DNA from: Escherichia phage vB_Eco_F27
Strand: one strand, 5' to 3'
DNA: 64,000 nt
Sequence record: OP870146.1
Shown in pieces: positions 10,846-20,306 of the stretch. The translations under genes were made by a program, and so were the position numbers. The notes beneath the pieces were generated by a model. The model worked only from the letters and a program-made list of their open reading frames with translations, was not told the origin of the DNA and did no database searches. Numbering within the stretch: the stretch's first letter is position 1; every line of letters begins with the position of its first letter.

Positions 10846-11174
10846 TTTACCGCCTTAACAATTTTCAAGTCAGCGAATTTTTTCTTACGTTGATTTTTCA
10901 TACGACGGATAGTCTTTTCAGAGATTTCATGTTTCTGATAAGCTTTAGATTCAACACCAAATGCAGCAACGTCAAATTCAGAAAGAATATATTGTACTAG
11001 AATTTCGCGAATAGAATTACGTCCAATTTTCTGGTCGTGTTTTTGCATGATTTCATAAAGACGGAATTCCCACGCATCAAGAACTTGAGGAGTAACAATA
11101 TTGCCGGATTCCAGAAGAGCAACAACTTTATCGAAAGCGAAAGAATTAACTACGTTTTTGATTTTAGTAGACAT
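10842..11174 (-). CDS. hypothetical
   Basis: The 123-aa ORF is trimmed to MSTKIKNVV... (ATG 11174, GAGGA SD), because the 11212..11240 promoter overlaps the annotated start. Confidence 0.45.
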   Translation of the reverse strand: MSTKIKNVVNSFAFDKVVALLESGNIVTPQVLDAWEFRLYEIMQKHDQKIGRNSIREILVQYILSEFDVAAFGVESKAYQKHEISEKTIRRMKNQRKKKFADLKIVKAVK

Positions 11175-11211
11175 ATTATTTTCCTCGGTTATTTTATTAT
11201 CCAATGAGAGC

Positions 11212-11240
11212 ATTATACTCTGCTCTCAAGAGTTTGTAAA
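11212..11240 (-). promoter_or_regulatory. early/sigma70-type promoter TTTACA-17-TATAAT (copy A of a ~50-bp duplicated element)
   Basis: Minus strand TTTACAaactcttgagagcagagTATAAT. The -10 is flanked by the inverted repeat gagagc/gctctc. Confidence 0.55.
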
Positions 11241-11243
11241 TCG

Positions 11244-11444
11244 TTATCCGAACTTTTTAGCGCCTTTCCAGCCTTCGTACATAACTGCGCAAGTCAATAG
11301 CACAGCGTGTTGGCATTCTTTGTATTTGTAAATCCAGAACCAGCGTAAGAAGTCTTCATCCTCAACGCCGTTGAGTTTCATATTGGCAAAGAATTCAGCT
11401 CGTTCTTCGCGAAGTTTTTGAGATAACATAGATTCAGGATTCAT
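11244..11444 (-). CDS. hypothetical
   Basis: 66 aa ORF. Confidence 0.4.
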   Translation of the reverse strand: MNPESMLSQKLREERAEFFANMKLNGVEDEDFLRWFWIYKYKECQHAVLLTCAVMYEGWKGAKKFG

Positions 11445-11575
11445 TTTATATTCCAGGCCCCATTTTCATCGATGAACTTAATCCAGTCATTTACAGACCA
11501 TTTAGTTGTATCACCCTTTGGATTAACATTTAAAGTATATAATCCCTGCTTAAAAAGCATTCGTTTGATATTCAT
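11441..11575 (-). CDS. hypothetical small protein
   Basis: The 75-aa ORF is trimmed to MNIKRMLFKQ... (ATG 11575, GAGGAAA SD), which removes the overlap with the next gene. Confidence 0.35.
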   Translation of the reverse strand: MNIKRMLFKQGLYTLNVNPKGDTTKWSVNDWIKFIDENGAWNIK

Positions 11576-11582
11576 AATTTCC

Positions 11583-11876
11583 TCAACTGTAACGATAACA
11601 TTCGTTAGCTTTACGTTTGGCTTCAGTATGAGAAGTATTATAATCATACTCTTCTTTACTGTAAACATCTTTTTTCAACTTACGAACTTCTTTGCGGAGT
11701 TGTCGATTCATTTCATTCTTGACTTCAGAATCAACGCCTTTCATACGTTTCCATTTATCTGAGCGGAAAATGTTTTCAACCATGTCTTTGTGGCTAACAC
11801 CGTCAGGAGCTTTACGCTTACCAAAATAGTCGTAATCACGAACTTTCAAATCTTTACGACGATATGTTTTACCCAT
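11583..11876 (-). CDS. hypothetical basic protein
   Basis: The 106-aa ORF is trimmed to MGKTYRRKDLK... (ATG 11876, GAGG SD). Confidence 0.4.
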   Translation of the reverse strand: MGKTYRRKDLKVRDYDYFGKRKAPDGVSHKDMVENIFRSDKWKRMKGVDSEVKNEMNRQLRKEVRKLKKDVYSKEEYDYNTSHTEAKRKANECYRYS

Positions 11877-11883
11877 AAGTACC

Positions 11884-12132
11884 TCAAAGGTTGATTGATA
11901 CAATGCGTTTGATAAAATTCACTTCACTTACTGAAAGGTCTTTAAGACCGATTGATTCTAAACGCTGAGTAAGCGTCAACATCGGGATATAATCCCAATG
12001 AGTTTTATTTGCTTGATAAGTACGAACGCCATTAGCAATTTCAACATACAAATCGGAAATGGTAACGAATACCGGTCGCTCGTCATTAACTTTAAGGGTT
12101 AGAACAACTTTCTTTGAATCTAAACTAATCAT
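11884..12132 (-). CDS. hypothetical
   Basis: 82 aa ORF. Confidence 0.45.
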   Translation of the reverse strand: MISLDSKKVVLTLKVNDERPVFVTISDLYVEIANGVRTYQANKTHWDYIPMLTLTQRLESIGLKDLSVSEVNFIKRIVSINL

Positions 12133-12311
12133 GGCTTAATTTCCTTCGCAATTGAACAGAAGATACCACGGTCACAAAGCATTTCACCAATTTCTGGATA
12201 TTTGATTGAACGGTACCAAACATCCAGGCTTGAAACTCTGGTTATCTGTACGGCATTACCATTGACAGAATAGTACTGGTCAACCTTAATTTCTTTATCT
12301 TCAATTGTCAT
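12129..12311 (-). CDS. hypothetical
   Basis: The 100-aa ORF is trimmed to MTIEDKEIKV... (ATG 12311, GAGGA SD). The early promoter GTTTAC-17-TAAGAT at ~12325..12368 lies inside the untrimmed ORF. Confidence 0.4.
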   Translation of the reverse strand: MTIEDKEIKVDQYYSVNGNAVQITRVSSLDVWYRSIKYPEIGEMLCDRGIFCSIAKEIKP

Positions 12312-12476
12312 TTTATTTTCCTCTATAGTAGATGGTTTAATCTTAACACATCTATTGAGGATGTAAACTGTTTTATGAAAATATTTTTGATTTGAGAGGG
12401 GCACAAGGAGATAGTGAAGTGAAGATTCCAATGGATTATATTAGAAATGAGATAAAGAAGACCAGGCGGCACCTGG

Positions 12477-12800
12477 TCAATCTTCTATGATATCAGAGTC
12501 ATATCCTAATGAAATCAAGGACTTTTTAAACTCTGCAATATTCTTTTGTTTCTTATCATTTAAAAATATGACAGGATAACGAATGTTAAGAGATGTGAAT
12601 CCTGCACGTTTAGCAAGAGATACGATTAAAGGACGGTCATATTCAATCTTACCATTATTAGTGAGGACTTTATAAAATGTATAAGGAGCATTGAGCTCCT
12701 TTAAAAGTTTTGTAACAGTATAACATCCTGGACAACGTCCTACTTCTTCAGGGATGCCATAGATTTCAATCTTGTTCTTTAAGTTCGAGTTTTGTTCCAC
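12477..12800 (-). CDS. nrdH: NrdH-like glutaredoxin
   Basis: CPGC redox motif (EVGRCPGCYTV). The 5' end is uncertain, possibly GTG near 12800 after an AAGGA SD. The ORF-track N-terminus overlaps a neighbouring ORF. Confidence 0.55.
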   Translation of the reverse strand: MEQNSNLKNKIEIYGIPEEVGRCPGCYTVTKLLKELNAPYTFYKVLTNNGKIEYDRPLIVSLAKRAGFTSLNIRYPVIFLNDKKQKNIAEFKKSLISLGYDSDIIED

Positions 12801-13083
12801 AAGAAATAATTCCTTGGTAAGCCCAATAAGGAGGATTAACAGGATCCTCGCCAGAGTTTTCTTCAGGAAAATAAACCTGGATAACGAAGCCGGATTCATC
12901 AAAGGTAAAATAAACCGTAGGCAGTTCACCTAACAAATCGGCACGAGCGTTGATTTCTTCGAGGTCTTGTTCACGTCCAGCCCAGAAGCTTGGGTTCAGA
13001 CTACATTCATAGAAATAATAGTCATTACCGAACATATCAAAACCATTCCAACTCTCTACTACATACCGCTCAAAACTAATCAT
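12766..13083 (-). CDS. hypothetical acidic protein
   Basis: 105 aa ORF. Confidence 0.4.
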   Translation of the reverse strand: MISFERYVVESWNGFDMFGNDYYFYECSLNPSFWAGREQDLEEINARADLLGELPTVYFTFDESGFVIQVYFPEENSGEDPVNPPYWAYQGIISCGTKLELKEQD

Positions 13084-13085
13084 AA

Positions 13086-13301
13086 TTAAGCCTTTTTATC
13101 AAGAACAGAATTCAGTTTATTAGTAATTTTGTCCAAACGTTCATTGAATTCGCTGGAGGATAAACCCTTTTCTGGAGAAATTAAACTAATCACGAAAAAT
13201 ACGCCAGTAAAAGGAATAAGAAAAATAGCTCCAACTGCCATAAACAAAAAGAACGTTACAGTTGTAAGAAAATCAGCTAAACCTTTACGAAATTTGTACA
13301 T
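13086..13301 (-). CDS. small membrane protein
   Basis: 71 aa with a hydrophobic core (FFLFMAVGAIFLIPFTGVFFVISL). Confidence 0.4.
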   Translation of the reverse strand: MYKFRKGLADFLTTVTFFLFMAVGAIFLIPFTGVFFVISLISPEKGLSSSEFNERLDKITNKLNSVLDKKA

Positions 13302-13411
13302 ATTTACCCTTAATTAACTAAGCATTGATAATCATTAAACTATATTGCGAATAAAATTCTGGACCAAAACGAAAAATCATATCATTTATAGTATCCATAA
13401 TGTAATTCAAT

Positions 13412-13882
13412 TTAATCATGTTTCCACACCCCATCGGTATTTGACCAAAGTCGCTGATTATCTGATCCTCGCCACAGCTTTTTAGTCGGAAGATTTTTCT
13501 CATACTTCCCATCAATAATAACATCAACATATTTAAGCATTTCTAGTTGTTTAATATCTTCAAACTTATATCCTGTCCACAACCAAATGCTTTTATTGGG
13601 ATAAAGATTTTTTACTGTTTGAACAATGCAATGAATAACATCTCGGTTATCAGGATAGAGAGGGTCACCTCCGGTTATAGTTAATCCTTCTATATAATCA
13701 TTATTCAAACATTCAATTAATTGTTCTAGTGTTTCACCAGTGAATGGAACACCATTTCTAGCATTCCATGTTGATTTATTATAACACCCTTCGCATTTAT
13801 GCAAACAACCCGTAACGAAAAGAACGACCCTGCATCCAGGGCCATTCACAAAATCGCAAGGATAAAATCTATCATAATTCAT
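13412..13882 (-). CDS. nrdG: anaerobic ribonucleotide reductase activase NrdG (radical SAM)
   Basis: 156 aa with CLHKCEGC (CxxxCxxC). Same length and near-identity to T4 NrdG. Confidence 0.9.
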   Translation of the reverse strand: MNYDRFYPCDFVNGPGCRVVLFVTGCLHKCEGCYNKSTWNARNGVPFTGETLEQLIECLNNDYIEGLTITGGDPLYPDNRDVIHCIVQTVKNLYPNKSIWLWTGYKFEDIKQLEMLKYVDVIIDGKYEKNLPTKKLWRGSDNQRLWSNTDGVWKHD

Positions 13883-15158
13883 TGGTGTTTAACCCTATGC
13901 ATGATTTCTTTATTTTTACCGAGATTAAATCCGCGTTCGTTCGGATTTCCCAAATAACCACATGTTCTTCTTATTGTGTTCATCTTTTTAGGATCAGTTT
14001 CTCCACAAATAGAACAAACAAATCCGTTTTCAGTAGGAGTCATTTCATGGGTACTTCCACATGTAAAACATTTATCTACTGGCATATTAACACCAAAATA
14101 ATCTAAATGTTGTGCAGCATAATCCCATACGGCCTCAAGGCCTTTCAAGTTATTTTTCATATCAGGAAGTTCAACATAAGAAATGTGACCACCTGTCGCA
14201 ATGAAATGATATGGCGCTTCACGAGAAATCTTTTCAAACGGAGTAATATTTTCTTCTACTGAAACATGGAAACTGTTAGTGTACCAACCTTTATCGGTAA
14301 CATCTTTTACGCTTCCATATTTTTCTGTATCAAGTTTACAGAAGCGGTAACAAAGGTTTTCAGCAGGAGTAGAATACAAACTAAAAGCAAATCCAGTTCT
14401 TTCGGACCACTGTTTAAGATGAGCATTCATTTTAGTTAAAATTTCTTGCCCAATATCACGACCGACAAGAATATTCAATTCGTGAATACCAATGTATCCT
14501 AAAGACACTGAACTTCTACCGTTTTTAAATAACTCAATTATGTCGTCATCAGGTTTAAGACGAACCCCGAATGCACCTTCTTGGTAAAGAATAGGAGCAA
14601 CAGTCGCTTTAACACCCTTTAAAGAACTAATTCTACACATCAAGGCTTCAAAACACAGATCCATTCGTTCATTAAACAATTCGATAAATTTCTGTTCATT
14701 GAACTGTGTTCCAATATAAGAATCTAATGCGATACGAGGAAGATTCAGTGTTACAACACCAAGATTATTACGTCCATCAAGAATTTCATTACCGGTTGAA
14801 TCTTTCCACACACTCAAAAAACTGCGGCAACCCATTGGAGAAACAGGAATAGATGAGCCGGTGATAGCTTTATTGTTCTTAGCTGAAATAATATCAGGAT
14901 ACATTCTTTTGCTTGCACATTCTAACGCAAGTTGTTTAATATCATAGTTCGGATCATCTTTATAAAGATTAACACCTTCTTCAACAAACATAACAAGTTT
15001 AGGAAAAATAGGAGTTATTCCATCACGACCAAGGCCTTTAATGCGGTTTTTAAGAATTGCCTTCTGAATCATTCGTTCAGTCCAGTCAGTTCCCGTACCA
15101 AATGTAATTGTTACAAAAGGCGTTTGACCGTTTGAACTGAAAAGTGTATTTACTTCAT
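13879..15158 (-). CDS. nrdD: anaerobic ribonucleotide reductase NrdD, exon 2
   Basis: Exon 2 begins AT GAA GTA AAT (..EVNTLFSS) at 15158, directly after a G. C-terminus is ...RRTCGYLGNPNERGFNLGKNKEIMHRVKHQ (glycyl-radical site). Joined with exon 1 it encodes 605 aa, the T4 NrdD length. Confidence 0.85.
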
Positions 15159-16202
15159 CATTATATTCAGCATGAGTCGCAAATTCATGCCCGTTTATAT
15201 GAAACAACAAAATTTGGATAGTCCATAGATATGCAACGTTCTTTTATAGTGCTAGGATGAAAATTTAGCGCTTTAGCTGCTTCTATATAAGACGTATACT
15301 TAATACCGTCAACAACCACATATTCAGGAACTTTATGAATAGTAGTCTTAATACTCAAAACAAGAGGATGAGTTTCGACTTCACTTTCAGTGCAATTTAA
15401 ATATTCCGCTGCTTTTTTAAAACTTCTAAAAGTTTTATTTTTAAGCTTTATCGATACTTGTTTTTTACTTTTTCGACTATTGATATTATTTTGCACATGT
15501 TCCTTAGATCTTCCGTTTTTAGCATAATATTCAGCTACAGAAGATTTTATATTGTTTTTATGAGATTCGGATAACACTTTACCCTTATGAGCATCTCTTA
15601 ATTTTTGAATATGTTCTTCAGTATCCGGATGCTTATAAAACTTTTTACCGCCTATGGATTTATTTAAACATTTTTTGCTATAAAAATATTTACGTATGAC
15701 CTCTTCTTCATGTTTTAATGCATCTTTATAACTATCAAATGTTTTTAAAATTATCCATTTAGTAGGTGTATCAGTTTTTAAGCGTTCATTTATATACTTA
15801 GATGACGTTGTGTAAGTTTTCCAGTTTGTGGGCTTGTTTTTAATTGTTCTAAATTTTTTATAACCGATATAAATGTCGCCATTAGAAAACTTAACTAAGT
15901 ATGTAAATGCGTCTTTATCTTTTATTTTAGTACAACGTCTTTTATCCATTTCATTGTTTCACCTCGTATTCATAAGATAATCTTATTTATACAAGATGAC
16001 TGCTGCATGTCGCCATGCAGATTAGACTATATCTTCATCTTTCGATGCCGGTCGTTTCGAATAGCATTAGCTTCTATTCTACACCGCTACATTCATCACG
16101 GTTAGTCGTTAGGCATTTAGTTCAAAAGAACATTTAGCACGGGATTGTCTACTAGAGAGGTTCCCCGTTTAGACCGGTTTTACATGAGCCTGAATTAAAT
16201 TA
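15159..16202 (-). mobile_element. group I self-splicing intron in nrdD (1044 nt)
   Basis: Exon 1 is readable to ..DAFQAYE then hits a stop. Exon 2 resumes in frame only if spliced after GAG-U (16203) to AU-GAA (15158), restoring the T4 sequence AFQAYEYEVNTLF. The 5' exon ends in U and the intron ends in G. The intron contains a free-standing endonuclease ORF. Confidence 0.8.
15185..15949 (-). CDS. intron-encoded GIY-YIG homing endonuclease
   Basis: 254 aa. N-terminus FTYLVKFSNGDIYIGYKK (GIY-10-YIG spacing), HEEEVIRKYF and CLNKS motifs as in I-TevI/Seg. NUMOD3-like repeats (TEEHIQKLRDAHKG, SESHKNNIKSSV) and C-terminal HTH-like segments (AAEYLNCTESEV, IEAAKALNFHPSTIKERC). GAGGTG SD before ATG 15949. 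Confidence 0.7.
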   Translation of the reverse strand: MDKRRCTKIKDKDAFTYLVKFSNGDIYIGYKKFRTIKNKPTNWKTYTTSSKYINERLKTDTPTKWIILKTFDSYKDALKHEEEVIRKYFYSKKCLNKSIGGKKFYKHPDTEEHIQKLRDAHKGKVLSESHKNNIKSSVAEYYAKNGRSKEHVQNNINSRKSKKQVSIKLKNKTFRSFKKAAEYLNCTESEVETHPLVLSIKTTIHKVPEYVVVDGIKYTSYIEAAKALNFHPSTIKERCISMDYPNFVVSYKRA

Positions 16203-16740
16203 ACTCATACGCCTGGAACGCGTCATAGACATCTTTTTCTGTTTTAGATTGAGCATAATTCAACGCATCAGCGATTTGCCATTTTTCTGCATCTTCAACA
16301 TGTTTAGCGTATGTGCGTTTAACATAAGGAGAAAGTACTTTATCGACATTCGCAAATGTAGTTCCGCCATACTGGTGTGAAGCAACTTGTGCAGTAATTT
16401 GTGCCATAATTGCAGTAGCAACGCCAATAGATTTAGGCGTTTCAATTTGAGCATTGCCTAATTTAAATCCATTCTCAAGCATCCCCTTTAAATCGACCAA
16501 ACAGCAATTAGTAAACGGAAGAGCAGGAGAATAATCAATATCATGCATGTGAATGATTCCGCTTTCATGCGCATTCATAATAAAAGACGGGACCATATTT
16601 TTGGCAATGTGCTTAGACACAATACCAGCCATAAGGTCCCGTTGAGTTGGAAAAACACGAGAATCTTTATTAGCATTCTCGTTCAAAAGATCTTTATTAG
16701 TTTTATGAATTAATCCTTCAATTTCTTTTTCAATTTTCAT
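16203..16740 (-). CDS. nrdD: NrdD exon 1
   Basis: MKIEKEIEGLIHKTNKDLLNENANKDSRVFPTQRDLMAGIVSKHIAKNMVPSFIM... is near-identical to the T4 NrdD N-terminus. The reading frame terminates at 16195 unless spliced. Confidence 0.85.
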
Positions 16741-17210
16741 TTTAAACTCTTTCTAAGCTGCTTTTTGAATGAAGCTATTAATTGTGTTTTAGTATCAGAT
16801 TCATTATATTCAAATCCTCTTTGAAGCATCTCGGCCATCATTTCCTCTTTACCTAGTCTTGAGAACTCTTTAGTTTTGTCTGGAACAAAATTAGGATGGA
16901 TATTATTAGCAGAATAATCTTGTTTCAAATAAGCAAGAAGAGCTTCAAGCCATTCGAGGTAGTCGACATCACGACCTTTAAGACCAGAACGGTTGAACTT
17001 ATGCTTCATTTGTCCTTCTGCTGCGTTGCACAGAGAACAGAGTAATCCACGAACTCTACCGGCTTTTGGCCCGTTTAATTCATGGTCGTGGTCAAGATGG
17101 TTACCTTGAACATCAGGGTCTAATTCACGGTGGCAAATAGGACACTTACCGTTCTGTGCATCATAAAATTTTTGTTTTTCTTCTTTATATTTTGCGCCTG
17201 ATAATAACAT
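16737..17210 (-). CDS. 49: endonuclease VII (Holliday junction resolvase) gp49
   Basis: 157 aa, CPIC...LCSLCN zinc site, C-terminus ...ESDTKTQLIASFKKQLRKSLK identical to the T4 EndoVII C-terminus. Confidence 0.9.
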   Translation of the reverse strand: MLLSGAKYKEEKQKFYDAQNGKCPICHRELDPDVQGNHLDHDHELNGPKAGRVRGLLCSLCNAAEGQMKHKFNRSGLKGRDVDYLEWLEALLAYLKQDYSANNIHPNFVPDKTKEFSRLGKEEMMAEMLQRGFEYNESDTKTQLIASFKKQLRKSLK

Positions 17211-17245
17211 GATAAACCCTTACCTTAAATAGATAAGGGTATTTA

Positions 17246-17671
17246 TTAACTTAAACGTCTTTCTAAATATTCAATGTATTCTGCGGCTGCTTGCATCAGG
17301 TTACCTTCATAGCCGTCGTTATTTTCTTGTCCGGCTAATTTAGCTAATGCATAAGAAATTCGTTCACCTTCGAATTCACCAAGTTTACTACCTAGCACAT
17401 CCGCAATATCAGCCGAATCAATTTCTTCGAGTTCATCTATTGAATGTGATTCCCAGAAGCACCAAAGAGAAGTATCACGGTCATAGATGCAAAGTTTCTC
17501 ACCAGTGTTCAACATCACTTCAATAATGCCATGGTCGCCATAACCATCTTCGGTAGTAGTACCAATTACCTTGATGATTGTATCTTTCTTTAATTCAGGA
17601 AACTTGACTTGTAGTTCTTCATCTTCTTTAACAATCTTGAACCATTTACCGCGAGTTTCAGAAATATTCAT
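17246..17671 (-). CDS. hypothetical acidic protein (pin/49.1 position)
   Basis: 141 aa ORF. Confidence 0.4.
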   Translation of the reverse strand: MNISETRGKWFKIVKEDEELQVKFPELKKDTIIKVIGTTTEDGYGDHGIIEVMLNTGEKLCIYDRDTSLWCFWESHSIDELEEIDSADIADVLGSKLGEFEGERISYALAKLAGQENNDGYEGNLMQAAAEYIEYLERRLS

Positions 17672-17672
17672 A

Positions 17673-17870
17673 TCAATATTCTCTATAAAAGTTATGATGA
17701 GAACGTTTAGCTTTGCGAAGCTGACGTTTAGTAGGACGAACTGTAAATGGTTGTCCGGAGAAAAAATTTGGTTCAGTTTTAATCAACACATACCAATCGT
17801 GTTCGCCACTTTTTAATAAACGGTATAACAATTTAACTTGCATAATAATCTCTTCCCATTTCCAAATCAA
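17673..17870 (-). CDS. hypothetical basic small protein
   Basis: 65 aa ORF. Confidence 0.35.
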   Translation of the reverse strand: MIWKWEEIIMQVKLLYRLLKSGEHDWYVLIKTEPNFFSGQPFTVRPTKRQLRKAKRSHHNFYREY

Positions 17871-17971
17871 TTATATCGTTTACTGTAGGTTCATTATAAC
17901 ACGTTTCTTCGTCGTTGTAAACTGTTTCGACGTCTGGCTCGACAGTTTCCCATCGAGCCGAATACCATGGT

Positions 17972-18328
17972 TTAGCCCCGGAGTTTATTGAGCTCTTCAT
18001 AATCAATCCAGGATTCTAGCCCTGACGGCAGGTCACATTCAATGTTCCACAGAAGCTCTTCAATGGCTTGCAGGCGATTATATTCTTCAACGGTAATGGT
18101 AACCATTGGTGCAACCGGTTCTGCCTTTTTAACCATCATATCGTTCATCAGGACGTAAAGGTCATCACGAACGTCAGTGTCGTTCCAACCCCATGATTTG
18201 GCTTCGTAAGCTAATGATGAAGTGAGCACATTTAAAACTTCAATAATAGTTGGAGCATCAGGACCAAGTTCATTGGCACAAACTTCGTATACATCTTGGA
18301 AATCTTTAAGATTTAATGAATATGTCAT
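17972..18328 (-). CDS. hypothetical
   Basis: 118 aa ORF. Confidence 0.45.
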   Translation of the reverse strand: MTYSLNLKDFQDVYEVCANELGPDAPTIIEVLNVLTSSLAYEAKSWGWNDTDVRDDLYVLMNDMMVKKAEPVAPMVTITVEEYNRLQAIEELLWNIECDLPSGLESWIDYEELNKLRG

Positions 18329-18588
18329 TTAAAATATTCTCGTAGTTGGTCAAAGCCACCGATCGAAGTTCCATCAGGAGCAAACACCTGAGGCATCGTC
18401 AATCCAACATGTGTTTCACGTCCAAGCTTAGCCAGAAGCTCAGCAATTTTTTCTTCATCGAATACACCTTTTTCTGGCATAACATTAATGAATTCGAACG
18501 GCTGTTTCTTAACAGTCAGCAATCGTTTCGCATTATCACAATAAATGCATTTATGAATAGTAGAGTCATACCCGTACACTTTAAACAT
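18325..18588 (-). CDS. nrdC: glutaredoxin/thioredoxin NrdC
   Basis: Trimmed to MFKVYGYDSTIHKCIYCDNAKRLL... (ATG 18588, AAGGAAA SD), 87 aa. Near-identical to T4 NrdC. Confidence 0.9.
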   Translation of the reverse strand: MFKVYGYDSTIHKCIYCDNAKRLLTVKKQPFEFINVMPEKGVFDEEKIAELLAKLGRETHVGLTMPQVFAPDGTSIGGFDQLREYFK

Positions 18589-18994
18589 TATTTTTCCTTT
18601 CATCGATTAAATATGCAATGCCAAATACAATACATGTAATAAAACCTGTGATACAGATAGAGACCAACAACACTGTACCAAAGAACCAAATCAAGTTATC
18701 TTTAGTAGTTTGTTTGATATCCATCTCACGAATTTCTATAGCTATCGTATCACCTTTATTCAGAAGCGTATAAAATGATGGAGATACACGCCTGTCAAAA
18801 ACTCGTCCTTGCTCATCTTTATAGACTGCAATAAATTCTAATTTAGAATATTTTCCTGTAGATTGGCCTGAGATTAATTCCACTACCTCCACAGGAATTA
18901 CTTTAGTTTCCATGTAAGTATTCTGACTGTTCCAAATGAATGGAATAATGGCAAAAACTAAAGCTGCGATAAAACAACGAAGACTATATCTCAT
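18581..18994 (-). CDS. membrane protein (N- and C-terminal TM helices)
   Basis: 137 aa; FIAALVFAIIPFIW and FFGTVLLVSICITGFITCIVFGIAYLI. Confidence 0.45.
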   Translation of the reverse strand: MRYSLRCFIAALVFAIIPFIWNSQNTYMETKVIPVEVVELISGQSTGKYSKLEFIAVYKDEQGRVFDRRVSPSFYTLLNKGDTIAIEIREMDIKQTTKDNLIWFFGTVLLVSICITGFITCIVFGIAYLIDERKNNV

Positions 18995-19299
18995 TATAAT
19001 GTTCTCTCAAATTTGTGGAAGCATTTACGGCATTTCAATTTCAAGTTATCAGTGGTCCAGTTAACCAGTTGGACTTGGATAGTTCCACATTCTGGGCATG
19101 GATGTTTTGCTGCCGATTTGGCAGCATTTTCACGTCGTTCAACCATTTTCATTATTTCGTTCCATGCCGGAGGAACGAACTCTTCTTCACCGTGGATTTT
19201 ATCTCGCTGAACAAATTCAATCTTTGAACTATCGCCAATAAACTTAACCAAGCGGTGATTAGTGTTCATATCAATATCCTCTAAAAGACGTAGTTTCAT
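18994..19299 (-). CDS. zinc-ribbon protein
   Basis: 101 aa with CPEC...CRKC. Confidence 0.45.
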   Translation of the reverse strand: MKLRLLEDIDMNTNHRLVKFIGDSSKIEFVQRDKIHGEEEFVPPAWNEIMKMVERRENAAKSAAKHPCPECGTIQVQLVNWTTDNLKLKCRKCFHKFERTL

Positions 19300-20249
19300 T
19301 ATAATACCTCAATGGCATTTCGTAAACCATCCGCTTTTGCATTCAGAGCTTTTAATGATTTAGTTTGTTCTGCAATTTGGGCTTCGACTTCTTTCAGACG
19401 AGATTTGAGATATTCGCGTTCTTCAGCCATGATATCGACCTTTTCTGCTTTAGGTTCTTTAATAAGCTTAGGTTTATACGTATTAGGGTTCTTCAGCTTA
19501 ATTCGGGTACGAGAACTGAATAACATTGAACCGTTATCTTCGGTTTCGTCGAACATTTCAACAACATCCATAGTCTCTAACAATGTAATAAGTTTATAAG
19601 ACAACGAACGAATAGTTTTGTTGTGCTTATTAATTTCTTCGGCTTTCATGGTACCGAGATTACGTGAGTAATAATAAGGAACCTGGATATCAATTGATAA
19701 TGATGCGTTACCATTACCGGTTGGTTTGAATACTGCAGTAACCCAATCTTTAACATGAACTTTATTTGTACGACCATCACCGCCTGTGAATAATTTACGA
19801 GAATGTTTAAAAAGCATATTCACTTGTTTATTGAATTCACAAGCAAATTTATCAGCAAATTTAGTTTCAGGAATGGTAGTTAACCAATCAGCCAAATGAG
19901 TCTTTTTAACATCGTTAATAATAGTGAATTCAACCAAATCGGTTTTAGACGTCACAGATTTAATAAAACTCGGCTTCATAAAGTTTTTAATGTTATCGCG
20001 AGCTACAGTAGAAGATAATAAACGAGAACGTTTGAACCATTGAAGCAACGTCCCTAACGAATGAGAATACGCATTTTGAGTATCTTTACAGATATGATTT
20101 TCTTGGCCTATGTATGTACCAAAATCGCGAAGAATACCACTTACCACATCTCGGTGTGGAACATCAAATCCTAGTGCACCAGAAGCGCGCTGAGCATGAA
20201 CGTTAGCGATAAGACCTGCAAAATAATCAATGTAATGTGAACGTGTCAT
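19299..20249 (-). CDS. hypothetical 316-aa protein with a C-terminal coiled coil
   Basis: No motif recognised. Tail ...EEREYLKSRLKEVEAQIAEQTKSLKALNAKADGLRNAIEVL. Confidence 0.5.
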   Translation of the reverse strand: MTRSHYIDYFAGLIANVHAQRASGALGFDVPHRDVVSGILRDFGTYIGQENHICKDTQNAYSHSLGTLLQWFKRSRLLSSTVARDNIKNFMKPSFIKSVTSKTDLVEFTIINDVKKTHLADWLTTIPETKFADKFACEFNKQVNMLFKHSRKLFTGGDGRTNKVHVKDWVTAVFKPTGNGNASLSIDIQVPYYYSRNLGTMKAEEINKHNKTIRSLSYKLITLLETMDVVEMFDETEDNGSMLFSSRTRIKLKNPNTYKPKLIKEPKAEKVDIMAEEREYLKSRLKEVEAQIAEQTKSLKALNAKADGLRNAIEVL

Positions 20250-20277
20250 AATATTTTCCTCTCGTTAAGATAGAAAG

Positions 20278-20306
20278 ATTATACTCCAACCATCCTTGGT
20301 TGTACA
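20278..20306 (-). promoter_or_regulatory. promoter TGTACA-17-TATAAT for the 316-aa gene
   Basis: Minus strand aTGTACAaccaaggatggttggagTATAAT, ~30 nt upstream of ATG 20249. Confidence 0.5.
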
